DNA of 37,537 bases from a virus (Duplodnaviria > Caudoviricetes). Of the stretch, positions 25,681-34,524 are shown one piece after another. Location: the IMG/VR virus record IMGVR_UViG_3300038365_000215, positions 1-37,537 of that record; one strand, 5' to 3'. Both the position numbers and the translations under genes were made by a program. The notes under the pieces were generated by a model. That model ran no database searches, was not told the DNA's origin, and saw only the letters and a program-made list of their open reading frames with translations. How positions within the stretch are numbered: the first letter of the stretch is position 1; each line of letters starts with the position of its first letter.

Positions 25681-26106
25681 TTATCCCACCTTCCATAACT
25701 TTACATCCGTCCTCGGCTCATCGGCGTACTCCTTGGCCAGCTGCACCTTTACAATCTGCGCGTCGTCGCGGTAAGCAATCCCGTTCAGGGCGTCGCAAAT
25801 AATTTTCAGAACGTTGTCACAATCTGGTTTCTTTGTCGGTGCCATTTGCCCGGCCAGCATGGCCGCTTTTACGCGCTTGCTTTTGCTTTTCGGGATCGGA
25901 TACCATGCAGTAATTTCTACCGCTACGGCGGCGTTGTCGGCAAACCTCAGGCCGTTTGCTGCCGCTTGATACCGCAGGCGGACAAGCTCTTCATACCTGA
26001 CTGTTTTGTCCGGTGTGTATGTAACACTGGCGCCCGTCTTTATCCGGACTACCTTTGGCCGGGCCTTGCCCTGCGGCGGGCCTGGAATTGTAAAATTTAT
26101 CGTCAT
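25681..26106 (-). CDS. rusA: RusA family Holliday junction resolvase
   Basis: PQGKARP and KKPDCDNVLKIICDALNGIAYRDDAQIV motifs. Confidence 0.93.
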   Translation of the reverse strand: MTINFTIPGPPQGKARPKVVRIKTGASVTYTPDKTVRYEELVRLRYQAAANGLRFADNAAVAVEITAWYPIPKSKSKRVKAAMLAGQMAPTKKPDCDNVLKIICDALNGIAYRDDAQIVKVQLAKEYADEPRTDVKLWKVG

Positions 26107-26112
26107 GACAGG

Positions 26113-26274
26113 CTAATCCTCCCTTGCTTCAAATTTTTGCAGCTTCTCGATAGCCGCCTGCAGCACAGCCTTGTCGCGGATAAATACATTATCGTGGTCT
26201 GCTTCGCCCTCGATAAAGCTCTCTCGGTCGCTTATCAGGTCCTTCAGGCCGGCAATGATTTCAGCGGTTTTCAT
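26113..26274 (-). CDS. Small hypothetical protein (53 aa)
   Basis: MKTAEII... begins at a TGATG overlap with the DnaC-like gene; GGAGG RBS. Confidence 0.7.
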   Translation of the reverse strand: MKTAEIIAGLKDLISDRESFIEGEADHDNVFIRDKAVLQAAIEKLQKFEARED

Positions 26275-27053
26275 CAGCTTTTCCTCCTGTAATCTGCGGC
26301 GGTAAGCGCCACAGCCTGGTAGTGGTCGGAGCAGAGCCGGCTGTACGCGCGGTCGCCGCAGGTCTGCCGCAGCTCGCCGTCCGTCAGCATCAGGTTGCTG
26401 GTGATAATCGTCGGCTTGTTTTCCCGGTACCGCTCGTCCAGGATAACCATCAGTTCTTTGCGGGTCCAGTCGCTTGCCTTTTCGGCGCCAAGGTCGTCCA
26501 GGAGCAGCACCTGCGCCATCAGCGCCTTGTCGAGAATCCGCATCTGGTCTATGTCGTCTGCATGGCCGTACATCATCAGTTCCAGCTGCTGGGGGACGTC
26601 CCAGTATGCAGCGTGGTATCCGTCTTCCAGCGCGCAGTTGAGTATTGCACAGCCGAGGTGCGTCTTCCCGCATCCCACGGCGCCCATCAGGATAAGTCCT
26701 TTTCCTGCGCGCCAGTTAGCTTCCCGGTTCAGCAGGTAATCCTTCACGGCCTCGTATGCTTCTTCAGTGCCCGACCGGCGCTGGTATCCGCGGAGCGTGG
26801 CACTTGAGAACATGTCCGGAATCTCGGCCCATTTGCGGCGGCGTTCTCGAGCCACTTCATGGTTTCGTGCTTTCTTGGCCGCGTCCTCGGCTTTAATCTC
26901 GGCGTCCCTGCAGGGGCAGGGCCTCTTGAATTCAACAAGTCTGCCGCCCATCCGGATTTTGGCCGCGTAGATGTGCTCGCCGCATTTCGGACAAATCTCG
27001 CCGGTGTCGTAAACGTCCGGCCGGGATAATATCTTTTCGTTCATGTCGTTCAC
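26274..27053 (-). CDS. DnaC/IstB-like helicase loader ATPase
   Basis: CPKC...CPC zinc site, Walker A GAVGCGKT, LLLDDLGAE, TIITSNL and SRL motifs. Confidence 0.92.
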   Translation of the reverse strand: MNDMNEKILSRPDVYDTGEICPKCGEHIYAAKIRMGGRLVEFKRPCPCRDAEIKAEDAAKKARNHEVARERRRKWAEIPDMFSSATLRGYQRRSGTEEAYEAVKDYLLNREANWRAGKGLILMGAVGCGKTHLGCAILNCALEDGYHAAYWDVPQQLELMMYGHADDIDQMRILDKALMAQVLLLDDLGAEKASDWTRKELMVILDERYRENKPTIITSNLMLTDGELRQTCGDRAYSRLCSDHYQAVALTAADYRRKS

Positions 27054-27898
27054 TTCCCAAAATTTCTGTATCGGTTCGGGTCGGTCAAGTCAGGCCCCGT
27101 GTTCGGCGGTGCCTTGGCTTTTCGGTCCTCGTTCTGCAGCACGCTGCGCACATAGGCCGCCGAACGGCCCTGGCATCGCGCTGTCTCGTCGATTGCGTCT
27201 AAGACGCGCTGCACCGGATAATCCCGGTAAAGTTCCGACAAGATCATGCCGTCCTTCGACGACGGCATCGGGTTGACCGTATCCTCAAAGGCCTGGCAGA
27301 CACGCCCGAAATCTTTCCTCGCCCCGGCATCGGGTGTAACGCCTTCTGCCGTAGAGGCAGATGGGGTATTATTATTACTAAGCTTACTTAGGGTATGGTT
27401 AGGTTTGGTTTGGTTAGGTTTGGTAAACGCGTTACATTTCAATTCTGTAACGTTACATTTTTCGTTACACGGCGTTACAGTAACGTTACTCGTATCACTG
27501 TTTTTGTGATTTTTTCTGTCTCTGTAACGCTGTACACGTTTTCGTGTTTGCTCCTTTTGATACTTGATGGAATCCAGCAAAATGCCTTCATGACAGTCCC
27601 AGTTTCGTATTAGTACGGAATCTCCTGACTGCTCCAGAAAGTTCACACGCAAAAGCGTTTCATAGAACGCCTTGGCGCCTTTGGCACCGCCCTTTTCCCA
27701 ACCTGCGGCCTGAGCTATGGCACGCGGCGGAAAGTTCGTAACATCTCCGTCTGGCGCTGCCGTAGCTGCCCACGTCCAAAGGCACACCATCAGGCCAACT
27801 GCATGGGCATTCGTTATTTTAAGAGAATCGGCCAGATTATAGATTTTATCATGCTCCCGGATGCTGTCTTCAACCTGAATCCATGCCATACAGTGCAC
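27050..27898 (-). CDS. Phage replication initiator (replisome organiser, DnaD-like C-terminus)
   Basis: AWI...HDK, GLMVCLW.WA, IRNW, RKRVQRYR, internal iteron-coded VT repeats, C-terminal AYVRSVL. Confidence 0.85.
   Translation of the reverse strand: MHCMAWIQVEDSIREHDKIYNLADSLKITNAHAVGLMVCLWTWAATAAPDGDVTNFPPRAIAQAAGWEKGGAKGAKAFYETLLRVNFLEQSGDSVLIRNWDCHEGILLDSIKYQKEQTRKRVQRYRDRKNHKNSDTSNVTVTPCNEKCNVTELKCNAFTKPNQTKPNHTLSKLSNNNTPSASTAEGVTPDAGARKDFGRVCQAFEDTVNPMPSSKDGMILSELYRDYPVQRVLDAIDETARCQGRSAAYVRSVLQNEDRKAKAPPNTGPDLTDPNRYRNFGK
27397..27530. other. Putative phage replication origin (iterons inside the initiator gene)
   Basis: GTAACGTTAC palindromes at 27447 and 27480. CGTTACA at 27430, 27451, 27463 and 27473. 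GGTTA/GGTTT pentamer run at 27397-27424. Confidence 0.7.
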
Positions 27899-27903
27899 CG
27901 CCT

Positions 27904-28617
27904 TTACAAAACTTTTGTAGGAATTCCGGTTGCTCTCTGGATTTCCCGCTGAAATAAGCCTTTGTCTCCGTTCCTGCTTGACATATGCAGCAGATAAATC
28001 CTGTCTGCCGCCGAAAGGTCCGTAACTCTTAAGAATTCGAGCAGATGCTCGAGACTGAAATGGCTTTTCAGCAGCCGTTCCTTCTGTGATTCGGGCACAA
28101 GGCCCGATTTGATGTTTTCACGGAGAACCGGCAGGCTGTAGTTACATTCAAGCATAAACACATTCACGCCTGAAAACCTGTATTTGATGTAATATGTATC
28201 AGTCGCAAACAGCAGCTTCTCCTTTGTCACTGTGGACCCCAGCAGGAATCCTACAGGTTCCTCTGCGTCGTGTTCCGTGTCAAACGGTAAAGCTATCCAC
28301 GAACCAATAAGCAACTGGCTAAGCGCCCTGACGGTATGGATGCGGAACGGATACCGGAACTTCAACGCGCCGAGCGCGTGCTGCGTACCTGCCGTCATAT
28401 AAAGGTCAATCCCGCGCTCCGCTAATCCATCTGCACCCTTTGCATGGTCGCCATGCTCATGGGAGATAAGGCAACCTGCGACGCGCGGCAACAGGTTTAA
28501 ATAACCTTCCATTATGCGCCGGGAGGGAAGCCCGGCTTCAAGAAGAAGTACAGACTCCCCATCGTCGACTGCATAGCTGTTTCCGGAACTTCCGGAACCC
28601 AATGCATAAACCTTCAT
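27904..28617 (-). CDS. MBL-fold metallo-hydrolase (YycJ-like exonuclease)
   Basis: SGSSGN, SHEHGDH, HDA, ATDT, ECNY and LLHMS motifs. Confidence 0.92.
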   Translation of the reverse strand: MKVYALGSGSSGNSYAVDDGESVLLLEAGLPSRRIMEGYLNLLPRVAGCLISHEHGDHAKGADGLAERGIDLYMTAGTQHALGALKFRYPFRIHTVRALSQLLIGSWIALPFDTEHDAEEPVGFLLGSTVTKEKLLFATDTYYIKYRFSGVNVFMLECNYSLPVLRENIKSGLVPESQKERLLKSHFSLEHLLEFLRVTDLSAADRIYLLHMSSRNGDKGLFQREIQRATGIPTKVL

Positions 28618-28620
28618 TGT

Positions 28621-29748
28621 TTAGAACCCCACATCAAAAGCCTGCTGGCCGTTTCCCTTTTCCTGCTTTGCAGGCTGTGCAGCGGCCCTTTGTTTCTGTG
28701 CCTGCGCAGGCGCTGTACTTCCTTCTGCCGGCTCTTTTACTTCCCCGGTCTCCGTATCCACCTTAACGCTCCTGCGCTGTGCCGGCTTCGGCAGGGAAGC
28801 CTTTTCAGGGCTTACGTCAACATCGATATATGTGCGGTTTGCGTTTTCATGGATCTCATTTTCCACACGGGCTTCGGCCATTCTGGACTCGCGCATTTTC
28901 ATATACTGGTAGTTGTCATCAATTTTCTTCGGGTCGCGCGGAATATGCTTTGCACCGTAAACTTCACGCTTGATGGTCTTGAGGCACATCTCTTCGAGCC
29001 AGCCTTCCTTTTTGACCTTTTGCCTTTTGCCGTCGACCCACTCCGTGGCTTCTCCGCCCCAGAAATTGGCGGACGCGTATTTTGGCTTACGCTTTTCAAT
29101 GTCATGCATCGACATCATAACGAGCTCGTTTTTCTCCGGGTCGCCATACTCGATATACCCGAAGCCGCCGATTATTTTTCCGCGGTCAAACGGGTTGTTG
29201 ATGCTGAATTCATAGCTTTCTATGTGGTGCTTGCTGTCCTTTTTGATTGGGCGGAACGTGTCGCTGTCATAGACAAGCTCAACAATGACATTCTTCGGCG
29301 GAGCGACGGCGTACTTCTCGGCAATGTAGCGGATGCCATTGTAGCCTGGCATCAGGTTTACATCATATTTCCTTGTCTTGTTATTCTTGTACGGTATCGG
29401 GAAAAGGTGGTTCTCCTGCATCATGTCAAGCCCCATGCGGGCATAATGGACAATATCCAGCGCAAGGTCGTTGAGGTTCACGTTGTCCCATGTCACCTGC
29501 AGGTCATTGTCGTATTTGTGGTCGCTGTTTGATTTGTTTTTTCTCTGACGCTCGTCTTCTGCCATTTTCAGCGCGCGGTCAATCGCGATAAAATAGCCCT
29601 GAATCAGCTGGCGCTGGTAATCAGTAACCTGCGGCGCGCCGACCGTGCCGCCGAATTCCTTCATGACCCGCGTGGTAAAGCGCTCGCTTGCGCACATTGT
29701 TTTGACGGCTGGATTTTTTTGTTCCACCGGTCTAACATTTTCACTCAT
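28621..29748 (-). CDS. recT: RecT-family single-strand annealing recombinase
   Basis: GLD..Q..LFPIPY, GY.G, ELVY..D.F and EM.LKT motifs. Sits between the SMC-like ATPase and the MBL gene. Confidence 0.8.
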   Translation of the reverse strand: MSENVRPVEQKNPAVKTMCASERFTTRVMKEFGGTVGAPQVTDYQRQLIQGYFIAIDRALKMAEDERQRKNKSNSDHKYDNDLQVTWDNVNLNDLALDIVHYARMGLDMMQENHLFPIPYKNNKTRKYDVNLMPGYNGIRYIAEKYAVAPPKNVIVELVYDSDTFRPIKKDSKHHIESYEFSINNPFDRGKIIGGFGYIEYGDPEKNELVMMSMHDIEKRKPKYASANFWGGEATEWVDGKRQKVKKEGWLEEMCLKTIKREVYGAKHIPRDPKKIDDNYQYMKMRESRMAEARVENEIHENANRTYIDVDVSPEKASLPKPAQRRSVKVDTETGEVKEPAEGSTAPAQAQKQRAAAQPAKQEKGNGQQAFDVGF

Positions 29749-31673
29749 GATAAATCCTCCTTGTCGTTGTTTTCCGTCCTCAGTGCCTTGTCCACATCGG
29801 ACACATAAAGACTGATGGTCTGTGCTTCAATCTCCATGGGATGGGATACGCTCTCGGCATCATCGTGCCAGACCGGCATCATAAGGCCCATCTTCCGGCC
29901 AAGAGTATCAACAATATCGAGCCCTGCGTTTACTTTTTCAGATTTGCTGAGGCTGCCATAATCTTTGCCGTCTACCTGCGCTTCGCAGCAGGATTTCACA
30001 CCGCCATTGACCTGCATCTCAAAGAGTTTCCAGCGGACTGTACGGAAAGAACCGTTGACTTCCGCTTCCACATCTGCCGCTTTCAGCTGCACGAAAAGCT
30101 CCGCAAGGTGGATCATGCTGTCAAGCTGTGCAAGGCTGATTCCGAGTTTCTTCTGCTGCCCCTTGAGTTCCGCAATTCTGGCATCCTGCTTTTTAATGAG
30201 TTCGGCATCTGCCTGTTCCTGCTGGATTTCATTTATTTCAGATTCAACCGGTGCGAGCTTTGCCTGAAGGCCCTGTATCTGCGCATCGGCTTCATGCCCG
30301 GCAGCGTACAGTTCTTTCTGCGTTGCTTCAATCTTTGTGAGCCAATCGGCATACTCTTTTGTCTCCTCCCATGCCGGCGGCGTGACAAGCATCTTCTGCA
30401 GGCCTTTGATTTTCTGCTGCCCGTGGTCAATCTCGAGTTTCACTTCTTTAATGTTCTGCTCAGCCTCATCACGGCTTTTTGTAAGCCTGCCGAGCTCCTG
30501 CACCATTTCCTTGCCCTGCTGCTGCATGCCGGCGATTCCCTTTGCCTTCTGCTCATTGAAATTGCCTTCAAGCTCATCTATCTTTTCCTGTGGGTAAGGC
30601 CGGCCGCATGTAGGGCATATACCGGAAGATTTATCGAACTGCCTGCCGTGCTCCGCTATGACGGCTTTGCGCAGGGAAGGGATTTCCTTGTTCAGCGCAT
30701 CGATGCGGCTGCACCCTGCGATGCTGCTGTACTCCTCCAGCTTGTCCTGCATAGCAGCCATGTCCCTGCGCAGCACTGAAATCTGGTTCTCCAGCGCATC
30801 GTTGCCGCCGGAAGATTTTCGCAGGTATTCACCGCGCGCCTGCTCCATATCTGCCTTAAGCTTGTTTATTCTGCCGCGTGCCTCCGATATGGATTCACCC
30901 GACCGGAACGCATCTATCTCTTTGCGGATCTGCGCACGCTGTGCCGCCAGGTGCGGCAGCCGGGCGGAATCAGCGGACATATCTGCGGCAGCAGGCTTTG
31001 CGCGCTCCGCTTCGTCAATGCGGCCAGGGATTGCCGATATTTCATCATTTACCTTGCGGCGGTTCGCTTTCCAGCGCGTCACACAGTCAGCAACCGTGTA
31101 TGTGCCAAGCTGCCCGCCGAGCGGCGCCAGCTCTTTGTGGCGGGCAATGACGCTCTTGTCATCGACTCCCCCGGCAAAGAGGTCCAGCAGCTTCTGGCGG
31201 CGCACGTCAGGCTTCATTACCTGCGCGAAATAGTCCGGCCTGCTTACTGTAAAAATATCTTCTTCACTGCCGAAATGCGTCCTGACATACTCAGCGTACT
31301 CGCCGGCCTTCTTCGGTACATCGTCTATGTAGTAGTCCGTAGTGTTGCCGGTGCGGTGTTTCTCCGGTTCGCCGCGCTTGCGGGTGAATACAGGTTTGTA
31401 CACCCTGCGCAGCGTAGCGCTGCTGCCGTCTTCAAATGCAAACCCGGCGGAAACAGACGCTTCCACGCCCTCGGCCTCACCTTTGGGAAGAATTTTGTAG
31501 TCCGCGCGGTCCTGCTGGTCTTTGCCGGTAAGCAGCCAGAAATACGCATCGGCCAGCGTGCTTTTCCCGACGTAGTTAGCGCCGTACACAGTGGCATTCT
31601 GCCCACCGAAATCATGCTCGTAATGCCTGCAGCCGCGGAAGCTGTCAAGCCTGAGCTGGTTTAGCCTGATCAT
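29745..31673 (-). CDS. SMC/Rad50-like AAA ATPase
   Basis: Walker A GANYVGKST, coiled coils, CPTC hook, LSKSEK signature and DDAES. GAAGGAG RBS before ATG 31673. Confidence 0.9.
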   Translation of the reverse strand: MIRLNQLRLDSFRGCRHYEHDFGGQNATVYGANYVGKSTLADAYFWLLTGKDQQDRADYKILPKGEAEGVEASVSAGFAFEDGSSATLRRVYKPVFTRKRGEPEKHRTGNTTDYYIDDVPKKAGEYAEYVRTHFGSEEDIFTVSRPDYFAQVMKPDVRRQKLLDLFAGGVDDKSVIARHKELAPLGGQLGTYTVADCVTRWKANRRKVNDEISAIPGRIDEAERAKPAAADMSADSARLPHLAAQRAQIRKEIDAFRSGESISEARGRINKLKADMEQARGEYLRKSSGGNDALENQISVLRRDMAAMQDKLEEYSSIAGCSRIDALNKEIPSLRKAVIAEHGRQFDKSSGICPTCGRPYPQEKIDELEGNFNEQKAKGIAGMQQQGKEMVQELGRLTKSRDEAEQNIKEVKLEIDHGQQKIKGLQKMLVTPPAWEETKEYADWLTKIEATQKELYAAGHEADAQIQGLQAKLAPVESEINEIQQEQADAELIKKQDARIAELKGQQKKLGISLAQLDSMIHLAELFVQLKAADVEAEVNGSFRTVRWKLFEMQVNGGVKSCCEAQVDGKDYGSLSKSEKVNAGLDIVDTLGRKMGLMMPVWHDDAESVSHPMEIEAQTISLYVSDVDKALRTENNDKEDLS

Positions 31674-32089
31674 CTGCAGTCTCCTTCCTGTGGCCGCAGC
31701 AGGTTCAAAAGAGTACATACGATGGAAGCATCGCTTACTCTTGAAGCTTGCATGGAAGAAATTAACCTGTAAAATTCCGTACGGCCAGACTTGACGCCAC
31801 CGGGCATCATTGCTATACTGAAAATAGAATTGTTATGTTTGCCGCTTTCGGTGTTACCAGCGCCGGTAGCGGCCTTTTTCATGGCTTCATCGTGTGCGGC
31901 GCGCAATTCCTTGTAAGCTTCTTTCGCCTGATCTGCACTGTAGATTCCGAGCAGGCGAAGGGCATCAATAAAGCCCTCTGTTATATCTGAAAGCCGGTCA
32001 ACAGATTCGTGGCTGCCCATCAGCCCTATGCAGGCTTTCTGGTCTGCCAGCCAATCGCGGGCGGTTTTCTTCATTTCACTGAATTTCAT
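31670..32089 (-). CDS. Hypothetical protein (139 aa)
   Basis: ATGA overlaps at both ends; AAAGGA RBS. Confidence 0.65.
   Translation of the reverse strand: MKFSEMKKTARDWLADQKACIGLMGSHESVDRLSDITEGFIDALRLLGIYSADQAKEAYKELRAAHDEAMKKAATGAGNTESGKHNNSIFSIAMMPGGVKSGRTEFYRLISSMQASRVSDASIVCTLLNLLRPQEGDCR
31791..31880 (+). ncRNA. Candidate antisense small RNA unit (promoter plus about 55-nt hairpin RNA)
   Basis: TTGACG-17-TATACT with extended TG (31791-31819), then GCCGCT-TT-CGGTGTT-ACC-AGCGCCG-GT-AGCGGC-CTTTTT. Confidence 0.6.
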
Positions 32090-32430
32090 GCTGTCTCATT
32101 CCTTTCCTGTTTTTCAGACTGTTCCAGCTCCTGGCCGTTCTGGGTAATCTCCATGGTCGCGTCCGCTATGCGGCGCTGGCCAATTGTTTCAGCAATAAGG
32201 TCCGCTATGTAGGCCAGGTGTCCGGCGCTCATGCCGGTTATGTTCAACGCCCCGCCGTCCGTTGGCAGCTTGTATTTATGTGCTGCATAGGCAATACCGG
32301 AAGCGTACTCTTCGTCAGTGGTCTGCCCGATGTGGCTGTGATTTTCCACCATGCGGCGAAGCATGAGTGCAGCAAAAGCTTGATGGTTGCTTATGACTTC
32401 CGGGGTCGTGCGAAATATAACGCCGTTCAT
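32086..32430 (-). CDS. Hypothetical protein (114 aa)
   Basis: GGGAG RBS; ATGA coupling on both sides. Confidence 0.7.
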   Translation of the reverse strand: MNGVIFRTTPEVISNHQAFAALMLRRMVENHSHIGQTTDEEYASGIAYAAHKYKLPTDGGALNITGMSAGHLAYIADLIAETIGQRRIADATMEITQNGQELEQSEKQERNETA

Positions 32431-32585
32431 GTACTTTCACTCCCTTCCGGCTTGTGGGTACCGAGCTTCGGACAAAGCCCTAAGCCGTCTGGGCGCGGCA
32501 GCCGCTGATATTTCTCATACACATAGCAGCTGCGTCCGCGTTCGCATTGCGTACATTCACAGGTACTATTTTCTTCGTTTTCCAT
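32427..32585 (-). CDS. Small Cys-rich protein (52 aa), absent from the ORF track
   Basis: AAAGGAG RBS; MENEENSTCECTQCERGRSCYVYEKYQRLPRPDGLGLCPKLGTHKPEGSEST. Stop overlaps the next ATG. Confidence 0.75.
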   Translation of the reverse strand: MENEENSTCECTQCERGRSCYVYEKYQRLPRPDGLGLCPKLGTHKPEGSEST

Positions 32586-32606
32586 GCTTTTCTCCTTTCT
32601 GCCTGG

Positions 32607-32807
32607 TCAGGCAGATTTTTGCTGCTCGATATAAGTGAGCAGGTCGTCCTTGCGTACCCGCCAAAGCTTTCCAATTTTAAAAGCTGGAAATTGTCCACGC
32701 TGAGCAAGTTTATGAAGCCAATCAAGGCTAACGTGCAGGAGCGCTGCAGCGTAAGATAAATCAAAGATTACAGGTACGCGGTTCCAATCGGTTTCATTTT
32801 TTTGCAT
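32607..32807 (-). CDS. Excisionase-like HTH_17 DNA-binding protein
   Basis: AAALLHVS...LAQRGQFPAFKIGKLWRV motif. GGCAGGTG RBS before ATG 32807. Confidence 0.85.
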   Translation of the reverse strand: MQKNETDWNRVPVIFDLSYAAALLHVSLDWLHKLAQRGQFPAFKIGKLWRVRKDDLLTYIEQQKSA

Positions 32808-32887
32808 GAAGTCACCTGCCTTTTCTCCGCCTACTGCAGCGGCTTGTTTTTCCTTTCCACCAGATGTAAAATTGTGGTGGAAAGGAG

Positions 32888-33169
32888 ATGATAAAATTGA
32901 GTGCACAAGCTAAAATACATTGCTTTAACTGCGGATGTGACTACTATGTTTATAAATCCGAAATGCAGAAAGACCATATTGTTAATTGCCCCCACTGCGA
33001 TGCTAAAATGGACGAGCATATGTGGGAAATGATTATCAATGCGGTTTATACTGTAGATGAAGTAAACTACCACTTCCGCAAATACCATGGTGAGAGAAAC
33101 GAAGACCAGTTCTCGATTGATGTTGAAAATTATGAAGTTCCATTAGAAAAATTCAGATTCGAGAAATAG
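32888..33169 (+). CDS. Zn-ribbon protein, counter-oriented moron (start may be TTG 32897)
   Basis: CFNC...CPHC. AAAGGAG RBS; own promoter TTGTTT-17-TAAAAT (32844-32872). Confidence 0.75.
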   Translation: MIKLSAQAKIHCFNCGCDYYVYKSEMQKDHIVNCPHCDAKMDEHMWEMIINAVYTVDEVNYHFRKYHGERNEDQFSIDVENYEVPLEKFRFEK

Positions 33170-33338
33170 CAACCTCGTCAGCGATGTAGCCAAAAAGGTC
33201 TTTCAAAACTCCCGGCGTAGCGTCCAGATTATTTGTGGTAATCGTGGACGCTATTTCTTTGCAGACAGAATGAAATTTGTCTTCTCCCATGAATGCACTC
33301 AAGTTTTTACCTGCTTCAATGTGTTGCTGAGCGTCCAT
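33153..33338 (-). CDS. Hypothetical protein (61 aa)
   Basis: GGCAGGTG RBS; follows cro. Confidence 0.55.
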   Translation of the reverse strand: MDAQQHIEAGKNLSAFMGEDKFHSVCKEIASTITTNNLDATPGVLKDLFGYIADEVAISRI

Positions 33339-33373
33339 TTGTTTTCACCTGCCTTTTCTCGCTTAAAGCGAAT

Positions 33374-33583
33374 TTAAGTGCCAAAAAAAATAAAATCCGA
33401 CGGGAAGCGATAAAGGCTCTCCATTTTTTTAACAAGCGTATAACTCGGCGCGCTTTTCCCATGCTCGTAATTTCTCAGCGTTGAAGCATCCACATTAAGC
33501 AGTCGCGCTGCCTCTTTTTGGGAAAGTTTCGCATTTACTCTAGCAGCTTCAAGAGTAATTTTAGGAAAGTCTGTTGCTTTCAT
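33374..33583 (-). CDS. Cro-like XRE HTH regulator
   Basis: LEAARVNAKLSQKEAA.LL.V...TL.NYE.G motif. Divergent from cI. Confidence 0.9.
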   Translation of the reverse strand: MKATDFPKITLEAARVNAKLSQKEAARLLNVDASTLRNYEHGKSAPSYTLVKKMESLYRFPSDFIFFGT

Positions 33584-33607
33584 CTATGTCACCTCTTTTC
33601 TGCGCTT

Positions 33608-33711
33608 ATTATATCTCGCTTTAAGAGAGAAGTCAAGCTTAAAGATAATTTTTTTATTAAAATGCTTGATATATTCTCGCTTTTAGGATATAATACAAGC
33701 GAAAAGCGAGA
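33608..33711. promoter_or_regulatory. Lysis/lysogeny switch: divergent promoters and 17-bp operators
   Basis: Minus strand TTGACT-17-TATAAT (33636-33608). Plus strand TTGATA-17-TATAAT (33666-33694). TCTCGCTT-N-AAGCGAGA-like sites at 33614, 33633, 33675 and 33695. Confidence 0.82.
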
Positions 33712-33724
33712 AAGAGGAATGACT

Positions 33725-34399
33725 ATGAAATATCAAGATACGCTGGATGCTGAAAAGCTTAGAAAAATATTCAGCAGGAACCTAAACCGCCTTCTGCAAA
33801 GTAATGGCCACAATAAGACTGAGTTAGCAAATTATATGGGCGTTTCAACATCTACCGTATCCGATTGGTGCAATGGTAATAAATATCCACGTATGGATAA
33901 AGTCGAAAAGATAGCTGCTTGGTTTGGAGTGTTAAAATCACAGCTCACCGAGGATGATACGCACAAAATTATTGAGGTTCCTGCTGGTTTCGAGCCTCTC
34001 CCTAAAATGGTTAAAATACCTCTCATTGGTGAAATTGCTTGTGGTACACCAATCCTCGCGGAGCAAAACGTTGAGGATTATATAGACTGCCCAGCGCTGT
34101 GCAAAGCCACTTTTGCTTTACAGTGCCACGGTGACAGTATGATCGGCGCTGAAATTCACGACGGCGACATTGTATTTATCCGAAAGCAATCAGAAGTTGA
34201 GAATGGGCAAATTGCAGCCGTGCAAATTGACGGCGGGGATTGCTACAACGCCACACTGAAACGATTTTATCGTACCGGTGATACTGTCACTCTTATGGCA
34301 GAAAACCCAAACTTTCCGCCGCTTACATTTCATAATGAAGAAATTAATCGAATTCACATTGCTGGACGTGCAGTTTACTGCCTGAGTAAAGTGAAATAA
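33725..34399 (+). CDS. CI-like repressor (XRE HTH plus S24 peptidase)
   Basis: N-terminal HTH, IACG cleavage site, GDSM catalytic Ser and TLKR catalytic Lys. GAGG RBS. Confidence 0.93.
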   Translation: MKYQDTLDAEKLRKIFSRNLNRLLQSNGHNKTELANYMGVSTSTVSDWCNGNKYPRMDKVEKIAAWFGVLKSQLTEDDTHKIIEVPAGFEPLPKMVKIPLIGEIACGTPILAEQNVEDYIDCPALCKATFALQCHGDSMIGAEIHDGDIVFIRKQSEVENGQIAAVQIDGGDCYNATLKRFYRTGDTVTLMAENPNFPPLTFHNEEINRIHIAGRAVYCLSKVK

Positions 34400-34504
34400 A
34401 AACAGCCACTCTCTCCTACTTGCGATAGGAAAGAGCGGCAAAGTGAAAAATCCCGGTCAGGAATCCTCCAATTAATATTATATATTTATGGCTAATTTTG
34501 TCAA
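34398..34504 (-). ncRNA. Candidate antisense sRNA unit ending in hairpin copy 1
   Basis: TTGACA-16-TATAAT (34504-34477). 15-bp G-U-containing stem at 34405-34439 followed by TGTTTTT. Confidence 0.55.
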
Positions 34505-34524
34505 ATTAGAAGGAGGAGAATCAT

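Noticed and set aside
26274-26673. 5' part of the 186-aa ORF 26113-26673
   Set aside because: It overlaps the DnaC-like gene in another frame. Only the last 53 codons have an RBS and coupling.
28690-31664. Long plus-strand ORFs (280, 312, 191 and 237 aa)
   Set aside because: Antisense shadows of RecT and the SMC-like ATPase, with no motifs.
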